From Leptospiraceae bacterium (GTDB lineage Bacteria > Spirochaetota > Leptospiria > Leptospirales > Leptonemataceae): a stretch of DNA of 64,000 nt. Of this stretch, positions 1 through 8,698 are shown piece after piece. The position numbers and the translations under genes are program-made. The notes below the pieces were generated by a model. The model did not search any database. It was not told where the DNA came from and saw only the letters and a list, made by a program, of their open reading frames with translations. The first letter of the stretch is position 1. Each line of letters opens with the position of its first letter. Location of the stretch: the NCBI GenBank assembly GCA_040217195.1, contig JAVJNR010000005.1:416001-480000 (forward strand), in the 5' to 3' direction.

Positions 1-239
1 AGGCCATGGGCCAGGGAGATGGGCAGGTCAAAATCCTGGCCGATAAGAGAACCGATACAATCCTGGGCGTTGCCATTGTAGGTCCCAACGGCTCCGAGTT
101 ATTATCAGAAGCGGTGATAGCCATGGAATTTGGCGGTTCAGCAGAAGACATTGCACGAACGTTTCATGCGCATCCTACACTTTCCGAAGTGATGAAGGAA
201 GCGGCCCTGGATGTAGATAAACGTTCTTTGCACTCCTGA
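1..239 (+). CDS. lpdA: Dihydrolipoamide dehydrogenase, C-terminal part (5'-truncated by window edge)
   Basis: C-terminal dimerisation-domain signature ILGVAIVGP...[16 protein letters not shown]. Confidence 0.93.
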   Translation, partial: AMGQGDGQVKILADKRTDTILGVAIVGPNGSELLSEAVIAMEFGGSAEDIARTFHAHPTLSEVMKEAALDVDKRSLHS

Positions 240-510
240 TTCTTTCAGAAAATCCCGTTACTCCAGGATTGCGAAAAGTTGCCCTGGAAAAACGGGGCCT
301 TTCTGAGGATGAGCGGGTAGTTCAGTCTGAAGGGTTCTACATTCAAAATTCGAATTAGATAATGGCCGGAAAAAAACCCGGAAATGGGGCCAGGATCCAG
401 AGGTAACAGAAAGTGGCCAGCACTCCTCCAATTCGCAAAGGACCTAATTGCTTGCGAAACAGCAAGGAGCCCCTTTCCCAGGCGATAATGCTTCTGGCGA
501 TTTCATTATC

Positions 511-954
511 ATGAGTGATACCGAGAAACAACCGGAAATCCGGGTAGACTACAGCCATGAAATGAAGCTGCACAATTCGCCCTGGATTCGGTTCCTGTTC
601 TGGTCTGGAGGAACTGCTTCGCTCATCCTCGGTATCCTGGGAATATTTCTACCGGTGCTTCCTACCACTCCCTTCCTATTGCTTACTGCCTATCTTTATA
701 CCAGGTCTTCGGAACGATTTTATAACTGGCTAATGAACCATCCTTACCTGGGCCCATATATTCGGCAGTGGGTAGATCATCGCACCCTTACATTGAATAC
801 TAAATTCTCTGCGGTGGGATTACTAACCGCTACAATAGTCAGCAGTAATGTTTTCTTTGTAAGCTACTCCATGGCCCATATTGCCATGGCATTGACTGGA
901 ATTCTGGTAAGTATCTACATACTTCAATTCAAGACCCGGGAAATGGAAAGATAG
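511..954 (+). CDS. ybaN: YbaN/DUF454 family inner-membrane protein
   Basis: LGILGIFLPVLPTTPFLLL...RSSERFYNWLMNHPYLGPYI signature. ATG at 511 preferred over the TTG at 448. Confidence 0.88.
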   Translation: MSDTEKQPEIRVDYSHEMKLHNSPWIRFLFWSGGTASLILGILGIFLPVLPTTPFLLLTAYLYTRSSERFYNWLMNHPYLGPYIRQWVDHRTLTLNTKFSAVGLLTATIVSSNVFFVSYSMAHIAMALTGILVSIYILQFKTREMER

Positions 955-2006
955 CTCAAGTAGGCAATGGCAGCCGTTTCCACTCTGAGTATTTGCGGGC
1001 CCAATGGAACGATTCTGCAATTACCATCCTGTTGAATCTCATGCCAGGCTTTTCGGTCTTCATCACTGAAGCCGCCTTCGGGACCCACAACAATCAGGAT
1101 TTCTCGGGAATTCTCGGGATTCGGTGCAAGAGCCGATTCTTGAACTTTTGCACGATAGCTACCTCTGTCAGCGCCGGAAGCCCGGCTATCGTCACGATTT
1201 CGTGGCCCATCAGAAGCATGGCTATAGGCGCTTTTTCTTTCTGCGTCGGAAAGCAGGTTGTGATTTCCCTCACTGCTTGCGTCGGAAAGCAGGTTGTGAT
1301 TTCCCTCACTGCTTGCGTCGGAAAGCAGGCTGTGATTTCCCTCACTGCTTGGCTCGGAACCCCGGCTCTTGTCGCTTTTTCTTCCTGAATGGAGCGGCAA
1401 ATCGTTAGACCCGCCTGGATATTCATGACCAATGGAACCGACCCTGGCTGGATCTGTGGATGCCAGGCTCAGTTCACGAGATTCCGGCAAATCCAGAATA
1501 TGAATCTGAACCCCGATTTTCAGCTGGCCTAGTAGAAACTCTTTAATTTGGTCCCGATCCAGGTTTCTTTCCAGAACGGGCAAATACCAGGATTCACTTT
1601 GAGCGGCTGCTTCCCTGGATAACCTTTCAAATCGATCAGGGGAAACCTTTTCGCGCACAGAGCGCTGAAATTCTGCAGGTATGAAGCGGCGCAGGCCCAG
1701 CTCCGTGCACTTCTCAATAAGCCAATCCCTTCTACTGCTTTTTGGAATGGCACTTAACAATGCGAAGGATGGTAAGCTTTCCGTGGGCTTTTCGCAGTTT
1801 CCAGTTAATTCTACCCGGGCTCGTTTTTTCTCAGTCCAGCTCAATGGTCCGGACCAACGACGACCGTTTCCGTCCCCTACATGAATTATGGCTCCATCGG
1901 ATAACCGCCGAGCACGTGCATGGGCATTTTCCCGGGCATCCAGATCAACAGTCTGTGCCTCCAGGAGATCCGGCCAGGTATTCTCCGTACGAAATATCAG
2001 AAACAT
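924..2006 (-). CDS. rsmE: 16S rRNA m3U1498 methyltransferase RsmE with a large low-complexity insertion
   Basis: EKCTELG, EAAAQS, VGPEGG and LGPQILRVETA SPOUT motifs. Confidence 0.9.
   Translation of the reverse strand: MFLIFRTENTWPDLLEAQTVDLDARENAHARARRLSDGAIIHVGDGNGRRWSGPLSWTEKKRARVELTGNCEKPTESLPSFALLSAIPKSSRRDWLIEKCTELGLRRFIPAEFQRSVREKVSPDRFERLSREAAAQSESWYLPVLERNLDRDQIKEFLLGQLKIGVQIHILDLPESRELSLASTDPARVGSIGHEYPGGSNDLPLHSGRKSDKSRGSEPSSEGNHSLLSDASSEGNHNLLSDASSEGNHNLLSDAERKSAYSHASDGPRNRDDSRASGADRGSYRAKVQESALAPNPENSREILIVVGPEGGFSDEDRKAWHEIQQDGNCRIVPLGPQILRVETAAIAYLSYLSISRVLN
1243..1350. repeat. 3 x 36-bp tandem repeat inside rsmE (encodes SSEGNH[N/S]LLSDA)
   Basis: GCGTCGGAAAGCAGG(T/C)TGTGATTTCCCTCACTGCTT at 1243, 1279 and 1315. 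One mismatch in the third copy, no spacers. Confidence 0.97.
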
Positions 2007-2052
2007 GTTTTTTGTTTACAGATAGAACACTGCGGAGGCTCTGGAACTACTT

Positions 2053-2136
2053 GCCGAAGTGGTGGAATTGGTAGACACAGTGGATTCAAAATCCACCGGG
2101 AGCAATCCCTTGTCGGTTCAAGTCCGACCTTCGGTA
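2053..2136 (+). tRNA. tRNA-Leu(CAA)
   Basis: GCCGAAG/CTTCGGT acceptor stem, GTGGA-TTCAAAA-TCCAC anticodon arm, long variable arm, GGTTCAAGTCC T-arm. CCA not encoded. Confidence 0.96.
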
Positions 2137-2143
2137 AGTAATT

Positions 2144-2317
2144 TTAAACCAGTCCTCTAATGCATCGTGGATTCCCGCAGCTTCCATGCTTGCAGTTACA
2201 ATCAAAACGGATTCCCGTTCTGTCATCCACAGGATGCAATTCCCTGCGATTTCGAAGCAGTACCTTGCGCAGATTCTGTTCGGTTTTCTTCTCTTTGATG
2301 ATAGCGGCAACAGCCAT
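2144..2317 (-). CDS. Small 57-aa Cys-rich protein (CxCx4Cx4C), absent from the ORF track
   Basis: Manual translation MAVAAIIKEKKTEQNLRKVLLRNRRELHPVDDRTGIRFDCNCKHGSCGNPRCIRGLV, preceded by GGAGGTGA SD. It fills the gap between the cyclase gene and tRNA-Leu. Confidence 0.72.
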   Translation of the reverse strand: MAVAAIIKEKKTEQNLRKVLLRNRRELHPVDDRTGIRFDCNCKHGSCGNPRCIRGLV

Positions 2318-2427
2318 AGCTCACCTCCCTGTGACCTTTCGGCAACTGCCATCCGTGTTCTCTGGCTCCCCGGTTTTCTGTATATTCGTCCGACGGACAA
2401 AAGAAGAGCCTTAAATTAAGTATCGGA

Positions 2428-3483
2428 TCAGCCCATGTCCGGACTGTACTGCATGACTTGATTTCTGCCCGCTCTTTTGCAGGCGTAAAGGGCCTTATCC
2501 GCCCGATTGATGAGCCCTTTATTGGTCCTTACGTCCACTTCCGGGTCAAAAAAGGAGATTCCCACGGACATGGTAACTTTCATTTCATCATCATCGGATT
2601 GGACCACCATGTCTTCGATTTTCTTTCGAATCTCCTCTGCCTTGGCCATGGCCGTTTCCTCGTCGGCACCTGGCATTACCAGACAGAATTCTTCTCCACC
2701 GTACCGGGCCGCAAAATCAGTGTTTCGAGCACATTCAATGAGCACTCGAGCTACGGCTTTCAGGACTTCATCTCCGGCCTGGTGACCGTAGGTATCGTTG
2801 AAGTTCTTAAATTTATCTACGTCTGTAAGAAGCAATGCCAGCGGAGTTTTTCGCTTTGTGGCCTTATCCCTTTCCTCTTTCATCCGGCTCTGAAAATAAG
2901 CATGGTTCTTCAAGCTGGTCATTAAGTCCACGGTGGCTCGCTCATAGAGACGAGCATTCTCCACGGCAATGCCACCCAGACTGGCCAGATCCACCAGAAA
3001 GCTGCGTTCGGATTCCGGGTACTCCCCACCCACAGCCTTTTCGCCCAGGACAATCAATCCGATCACCCGGTTCTTGGCCCTCAAAGGAACTATGAGTTCG
3101 GCCCCCAGGCTACGAAGCATACCAAGTGTAGTATCTCCTGGAAGGTTTTTTTCGAACTCCTCCAGGGTAAGGGACTTGTTATGGTTCTCGAAAAAGATAA
3201 CAATGGGTGACTCTACAGAGATTTCGTAGGTTTCCGGCGGCATATTCAGGTCGAAGCCTTTGTATCCTTCCACCATGGTCAGTATTTCTGCATCCATCTC
3301 CGGAGTCAGAAAGAGAGCTGCCTGCAGGGTTTGCACCTGGGCCAGACAAATGTCCAGGATTGCGTTAATTAGGTACTTATAATCCAGGGTAGAATTCAGA
3401 GCACGAGAGATTTCAATCAGCTGCTTCTGATCGTAGATCTTCTTCTCGTAATGCTGAATCTCCTCAGGGATGGACATTGACAT
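2428..3483 (-). CDS. GAF-GGDEF diguanylate cyclase
   Basis: N-terminal GAF domain (IVPLRAKNRVIGLIVLG), DVDKFKNFNDTYGH, RxxD I-site (RNTD) and GGEEF. Confidence 0.95.
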   Translation of the reverse strand: MSMSIPEEIQHYEKKIYDQKQLIEISRALNSTLDYKYLINAILDICLAQVQTLQAALFLTPEMDAEILTMVEGYKGFDLNMPPETYEISVESPIVIFFENHNKSLTLEEFEKNLPGDTTLGMLRSLGAELIVPLRAKNRVIGLIVLGEKAVGGEYPESERSFLVDLASLGGIAVENARLYERATVDLMTSLKNHAYFQSRMKEERDKATKRKTPLALLLTDVDKFKNFNDTYGHQAGDEVLKAVARVLIECARNTDFAARYGGEEFCLVMPGADEETAMAKAEEIRKKIEDMVVQSDDDEMKVTMSVGISFFDPEVDVRTNKGLINRADKALYACKRAGRNQVMQYSPDMG

Positions 3484-3766
3484 AGGGGCAATGGATGCCC
3501 CTTACTGCGAAAAGTTCAAACCATTTTCTATTCAGGCCGGTACCCGGTTCACCTGACAAATGCACCAGTTGCGTGTAGAATCTTGCTTAGTAATGCAGGC
3601 ATAATGCATCGGCCCAATATGCGAAAAGCGTTCGATTCTAGAATATTGTGCCCATTTAGATTTCTGAAGGGAGTATCTCAATTGCGGTTTTCCTGGCAAA
3701 GCAGAGTAGCCGGCTAAAAAAACTCACTTGACGTCATGCATGCCCTCACAATTCTTGTAGGAACAC

Positions 3767-3839
<73 letters not shown>

Positions 3840-3876
3840 ATCGGTCGGGGGCTCCTACGGGAGCCAGAGACCCTGT

Positions 3877-3953
3877 GGCGAAGTAGCTCAGGTGGTTAGA
3901 GCAGTGGAATCATAATCCACGTGTCCGGGGTTCGAGTCCCTGCTTCGCTACCA
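3877..3953 (+). tRNA. tRNA with CAT anticodon, probably elongator Met (Ile2 not fully excluded)
   Basis: GGCGAAG/CTTCGCT acceptor stem, GTGGA-ATCATAA-TCCAC anticodon arm, GGTTCGAGTCC, encoded CCA. Confidence 0.93.
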
Positions 3954-3967
3954 TTACCTATGAGCCT

Positions 3968-4957
3968 GTGCTAACCGCATCGATAATCCTAATTGCACTG
4001 CTCATTCTAATTCAGTTAACTTGCACCCGGACCTTCATACGGTGGGGATTTAGAACTCTGTTCAAAGTCCATCTGCACTATGAAGGGCCCGGGATGATTC
4101 TGGGCCTCTGGTTTCAGGCAAGAAACCTCAAATTATCCTTTGCACCGGATCATTCTACGGATCGATTCTATTTTGAATCCGATCGAATCCATTTCGCGGT
4201 TTCCCCTCTGCATCTATTGTTTGGCCGAATTCTGCTCATCAAGGCATTTCTGGGCACAGCCTACTTCGAATACATAAACCGGATTGATTCGCATAAGAAA
4301 AATCGGCTTCTGCCCCGGCGGCATAGATTTGAGCTCAAAGATCTAGATGTGGAAAATGGCACGGTATCTGTGGTAGATGAGACCCTGCCCGGTCCTTATC
4401 GACTGAGCATTTCCGATATTCATCTGGAAGGGGCTGACATGGACCTTTCCACTCCGGTGGATCTTTTCTTTCGCATGAAGCGAGGGCATGCCTTGATTGG
4501 CTCCGGTAGCATTGAAGCAGGGAAAAGCCGGGAGACCGGCTTCATAAGAGTCCGGGGAATTACCTATGGCGAGATCACAAGTATGGAGCGTCTGCCACTG
4601 ATGGGCTATGGTTTTTCACTCACGGCCTATCATCGTGGTGGATCGGACAGTCGGGAAGTAGAAGGCAGACTGCGAATCCTGGATTCCAGCGGAAAAGGAA
4701 GCGATGATCAGGGCATCCCTTACGGATTTCTTATTAAATGGCCTGACTATAACCTGACCATGGATCTGGGGATTCAAAAACTCATAGAAAACGTTTTAAA
4801 AAGTGCACGGCCAGGTTTAATGGAGCGCGGACTGGTTCTGGGCTCCCGGGGAGTCTTTGATCTGGTAAAAAAGCCCCAGGGCGAAGGAGAATCGATCTCA
4901 GATAAATTGGACTTTGATCTCGAGAGCGATAAAAAAGGAAGCGATAAGCAGGACTAA
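3968..4957 (+). CDS. Hypothetical membrane-anchored beta-rich protein, AsmA-like
   Basis: 329-aa ORF with an N-terminal TM helix and AsmA-like patterns (SPLHLLFGRI, LDVENGTVSVVD). Confidence 0.6.
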   Translation: MLTASIILIALLILIQLTCTRTFIRWGFRTLFKVHLHYEGPGMILGLWFQARNLKLSFAPDHSTDRFYFESDRIHFAVSPLHLLFGRILLIKAFLGTAYFEYINRIDSHKKNRLLPRRHRFELKDLDVENGTVSVVDETLPGPYRLSISDIHLEGADMDLSTPVDLFFRMKRGHALIGSGSIEAGKSRETGFIRVRGITYGEITSMERLPLMGYGFSLTAYHRGGSDSREVEGRLRILDSSGKGSDDQGIPYGFLIKWPDYNLTMDLGIQKLIENVLKSARPGLMERGLVLGSRGVFDLVKKPQGEGESISDKLDFDLESDKKGSDKQD

Positions 4958-5256
4958 CCAGTCAGACTAGCTCCGTACAGCCACATTCACCATGCCTGGC
5001 TGGTCAACAGAGAGAATAGGCCTCGAGCAACAGCAATTTCGCGTTCAACCTCCATCCGAAGACTACCCCGACACGACGCTCAGAGTCGCCGCAAAAAAAT
5101 TTCTGACTGTAGTCCCGGAGATTTAACATGCCGATGCCAGAATGGCATGGCGCGTGCAGCCTGGATGGACCTACGGAACCCTTTTTCGGTCCGGATCCCG
5201 TTATATATATCTTTTAATTTATTGTAATTTTTCTCAATCTTCTCTATATTGACTGC

Positions 5257-6315
5257 ATGCGATTAACTTCATTTATTTTTTGTATAGCAATTATTACATA
5301 TTCTTCCGGATGCAGCCAGAACGATTCCAATCAAGAACCAACGATTCTAGCTCTGGCACTAATTGCTGCAGCTCCGGCAAATAGAATTCCGGATACAAAC
5401 CTTTCCAGATGCTTCGACGAGAACGGCAGCGAACGAAACTGCGCCGGAACAGGTGAGGATGGGGAATACATAAACACTCCTGCCCCGTACTCCATGGGGC
5501 TTTCGAATGGAAACTTGACGGCCACCGAAAGTACATCGCAGCTGACCTGGAAACGCTGTCCGCGGTATCAAGTCTTTGATGGAAATACATGTGCGGTACA
5601 GAGTAATCAGACATTTACCTATGAACAGACCAGGCAGATTTGCTCAGAACTAACTTTCTTGAACAAGGAATGGAGGTTACCATCTTCGAGGGAATCAGCC
5701 ATGCTATTCGATTACTCGCTTCCTGGCGGAACCCGTACTCTAGATCCGGTAATCTTTCCCGGAAACCAGTGGAACGGATTCTGGACAGGCAGTGTAAGAA
5801 CTGCGAACGGGACCGATGCCTTGTTTCAGGCAAAAAATGGTACGAATCAATTTCGCCCAAAGTCTGCAAGTACCCTGTTCAGGTGTGTCTCGGGACCCAA
5901 ACTTCCCACGGCAGAGTTTTCAATCCTGAGCTCTGAAGTCATTCGGGAGCGCACTTCGGGACTGAGTATTCAAAGGTGCTCTGCAGGTACCAATCCGAGC
6001 ACCGGTTGCTCGGGCACAGGATTCGATCATACCTGGCAACAATCTCTGGATTACTGCAAGAATTTGAATCTGGCCGGCTACACTGACTGGAGGCTACCCA
6101 ACCTTCGTGAAATGCTATACCTGCTACGCCCGGGCATAAATGGACTTCCGGAAGGAGTCTTTACCGGTGACGGCTCGGCTGGGCCCCATTGGACATCAAC
6201 AACGAACATAGATGGATTCCGGGATGAGGCCTATTATCTGGATGCAGAATCCAATGTTAGATCCAAATCAAAAACAGATCCCTATAATGTTACTCGTTGC
6301 ATCCGAGGACCCTAG
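5257..6315 (+). CDS. Lipoprotein with two DUF1566 (Lcl C-terminal, C-type-lectin-like) domains
   Basis: Lipobox-like SSGC, two repeats of LxWxRC...C..L.....WRLPxxRE...WT.....RCV/RCI. Confidence 0.88.
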   Translation: MRLTSFIFCIAIITYSSGCSQNDSNQEPTILALALIAAAPANRIPDTNLSRCFDENGSERNCAGTGEDGEYINTPAPYSMGLSNGNLTATESTSQLTWKRCPRYQVFDGNTCAVQSNQTFTYEQTRQICSELTFLNKEWRLPSSRESAMLFDYSLPGGTRTLDPVIFPGNQWNGFWTGSVRTANGTDALFQAKNGTNQFRPKSASTLFRCVSGPKLPTAEFSILSSEVIRERTSGLSIQRCSAGTNPSTGCSGTGFDHTWQQSLDYCKNLNLAGYTDWRLPNLREMLYLLRPGINGLPEGVFTGDGSAGPHWTSTTNIDGFRDEAYYLDAESNVRSKSKTDPYNVTRCIRGP

Positions 6316-6485
6316 GGTGCGAGAGGCGCACCAGGAGCTCGCCGCGACGCAGGCTCAGACCTTTCGAACCGTTTTTACCGCCAAACTCCAGGGGATCGAT
6401 AATTTGAATCTGAAATCTGGGAAAAGGGAACCTGAACCCAGCATTAAGAGAATTGTGGGACCTGGCACTCCAACACCCGGGCGTT

Positions 6486-6546
6486 CGGGAGCCGGTGATA
6501 GTATTGTGCATTCCGGACCGAGATCCGAATGCTAGACCGGCTCCCG
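6486..6546. repeat. Nested inverted repeat (long hairpin) in a convergent intergenic gap
   Basis: CGGGAGCCGGT (6486-6496) pairs with ACCGGCTCCCG (6536-6546). Inner GCATTCCGGA pairs with TCCGAATGC (one bulge). Confidence 0.8.
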
Positions 6547-6718
6547 GGTTCGCTCAGAGTACTTACCGCTATTTTTTGGTCAAGGCCGGCACACCCCCGG
6601 TGAGACTATATTCGTCCCATGCACAGCCCGACTCTTTCTCCGGTCTGAAAGTGTTACCGGTGTCAGCGTATTCTTGCTCCCCGGGTTGCAGCTCGCAGAA
6701 TCCAGCCTCTTATAGTGA

Positions 6719-8623
6719 TTACTGCCCGGCCTCGACACATCCGAGTCGCTTCAAGTCCTGCACAGTCACAAATCGATCCTTCTCTTCCATGTAGCGATAC
6801 ACCACACATCGCCAGTCCTTCTGCTCAAGCACCGGGTCGCTGGCAATGTTATCGATTACTTTCCTGGAATCTAGAGGTTGCCTCTCCAGGCGAATCCCTC
6901 CATCCGCCAGGGTGTCAAAAATCATCAGATTTCCTTCATTCCCATAGGGACGCCAATCCGGATGTCCATCTAATAGGCCATTGGCCGGCCTTCCTTGATG
7001 AGCGAAGCTGGCCCAGTAGGACATCATAGCATTGGAAACCTGGAGCCTTCCTTCCAGATTTTCATCCGAGAACATGTAGCGATCCGCCGGCCCAAGACGA
7101 AAATGCCCGAACACAAAAGGAATTTCAAATGCATGGGCGGCTCCTAAAAATTGGCCCAGGTCATTGCCCAGTACAGTTGGTTCCTCATCCCATTCGAATC
7201 GGTATCCGTAAACATTCTTATTCACGCTGTGCATGGCGCGGATAGGTTCATGTACTCCGATCACTCTCCAGGCAGCGCTGGAATGCCTTGCAGTAGCATC
7301 ATAGAGTTCTGGCTCGAAAATGTTAATACTTAGATTGAAAAAGCTCCTGCTGGTAAACCGATCGTCCAGAGCCAGATACAGTTTTTGCTCATCCCGGTTT
7401 CCACCAGCAATCACTGGAACGGAACTGGCCGGACCGCCTGCCTGAATCATCGCTTTTAGATTGCCTCGGGGAAAGATTACTCCATCCTGAATGAGAGTTG
7501 GAAAGGAATAGCCAGAAGCTTCTGGATTCTCTCCGTTCAAATTTTGCCGGTACGCATCAATAATTCTACCTGCATTCATTGATCGCAGGAAACTCAGTAT
7601 TTGCTCATCGGACATGGTAGATGCCAGGTTACGGGCTTCTACCTCGTTTTTGGCACGGCCTTCTGCCACCAGAAGCCGCATAAGAACTTCGCCTGTACTG
7701 TTTTCATATCCTCCTTCGCTAGCCGGAAGGGACGCTTCCTGTGTTGTTTTCGGACGAGGATAGGCGCTTTGCATAATGGCTCCCTGAAAGAGCCCTCTGG
7801 CCCGGGGCGATAGAAGCAAGGCCAGAACATTGTTTCCGCCGGCGGATTCACCGAAGATCGTAATTCGAGAGGGATCTCCGCCGAATGAGGAAATATTTGC
7901 GCGAATCCATTTCAGAGCAGCCATTAGATCCAGAACTGCGAAGTTGCCAGAAGCCTCATCCGGATTCCTGGTTTTTTTAAGAGCAGAGTGATAGAACCAG
8001 CCCATGGGTCCCAGACGATAATTCAGGGTAACAACAATCATGTTGTGAGTGCTGGCAAGATTGCCGCCATGATAGTCGGCCCCACTGCCCTGATGGTTCG
8101 CCCCACCATGGATCCATACCATGACCGGTAATCGATTCTTTCCTTTGGGAATTGCATCCGGGGCGAACCTGGGCGCATGAACGTTTAGATAGAGACAGTC
8201 CTCCCCACCGAACAGCTCTCCAGACTCCAGATCAGCCGTGGAATAGGAGCCGGCCAGCTGAAGACACTCGGAAGGCTTTTCAATGGACAGTCTTTCTCCA
8301 GTCCAGGGTTTCGCAGGTACCGGAGCCTTCCATCGAAGGGGCCCCACCGGTGGGCTTGCATAAGGAATTCCATACCATACATGACTGTTATACAGATGCT
8401 TCCCGCCTACCAGTGTTCCCTGCTCCACGGTTCGCATCGCTTCCCGGTCCAGCTCTGCAGGAGGATCATATTTTCCACAGGATAAGACAAAAAAACCGAC
8501 CAGGAAAAAAATGGAAAAATAGAATCTCGAGGCGAAACGATCTTGATACATCCATTGACGGTGCACTTGATCTGCACTCATGGCAAGTGTTTTCCCTGGC
8601 CTTTTCAGTCTCGGACTCCTCAT
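6719..8623 (-). CDS. Type-B carboxylesterase/lipase, probable lipoprotein (true start may be 8551)
   Basis: EDCLYLNV, VWIHGGA, GESAG nucleophile elbow, GAAHAFEIPFVFG, lipobox VLSC. Confidence 0.93.
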   Translation of the reverse strand: MRSPRLKRPGKTLAMSADQVHRQWMYQDRFASRFYFSIFFLVGFFVLSCGKYDPPAELDREAMRTVEQGTLVGGKHLYNSHVWYGIPYASPPVGPLRWKAPVPAKPWTGERLSIEKPSECLQLAGSYSTADLESGELFGGEDCLYLNVHAPRFAPDAIPKGKNRLPVMVWIHGGANHQGSGADYHGGNLASTHNMIVVTLNYRLGPMGWFYHSALKKTRNPDEASGNFAVLDLMAALKWIRANISSFGGDPSRITIFGESAGGNNVLALLLSPRARGLFQGAIMQSAYPRPKTTQEASLPASEGGYENSTGEVLMRLLVAEGRAKNEVEARNLASTMSDEQILSFLRSMNAGRIIDAYRQNLNGENPEASGYSFPTLIQDGVIFPRGNLKAMIQAGGPASSVPVIAGGNRDEQKLYLALDDRFTSRSFFNLSINIFEPELYDATARHSSAAWRVIGVHEPIRAMHSVNKNVYGYRFEWDEEPTVLGNDLGQFLGAAHAFEIPFVFGHFRLGPADRYMFSDENLEGRLQVSNAMMSYWASFAHQGRPANGLLDGHPDWRPYGNEGNLMIFDTLADGGIRLERQPLDSRKVIDNIASDPVLEQKDWRCVVYRYMEEKDRFVTVQDLKRLGCVEAGQ

Positions 8624-8698
8624 GTGATACGTAACGTACAGCGATAGTCGAGCTGGTAAGGTATGTGGACCGGCAAGTCTCAGCCGGTCATACTTCCT

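Noticed and set aside
1243..1350. 36-bp repeats as a CRISPR array
   Set aside because: The units are directly adjacent with no spacers, lie in frame inside rsmE, and no cas genes are present.
2330..2400. c-di-GMP-I (GEMM) riboswitch suggested by ATGGCAGTTGCCGAAAG next to a diguanylate cyclase
   Set aside because: The 5' GGCAAA..GAAA stem and the GACGCAAAG/CTAA elements are missing. Only a short 3'-like word matches.
3953..6718. tRNA-anchored genomic island after the Met tRNAs
   Set aside because: No integrase or mobility gene, and I saw no duplicated tRNA 3' end (att site).
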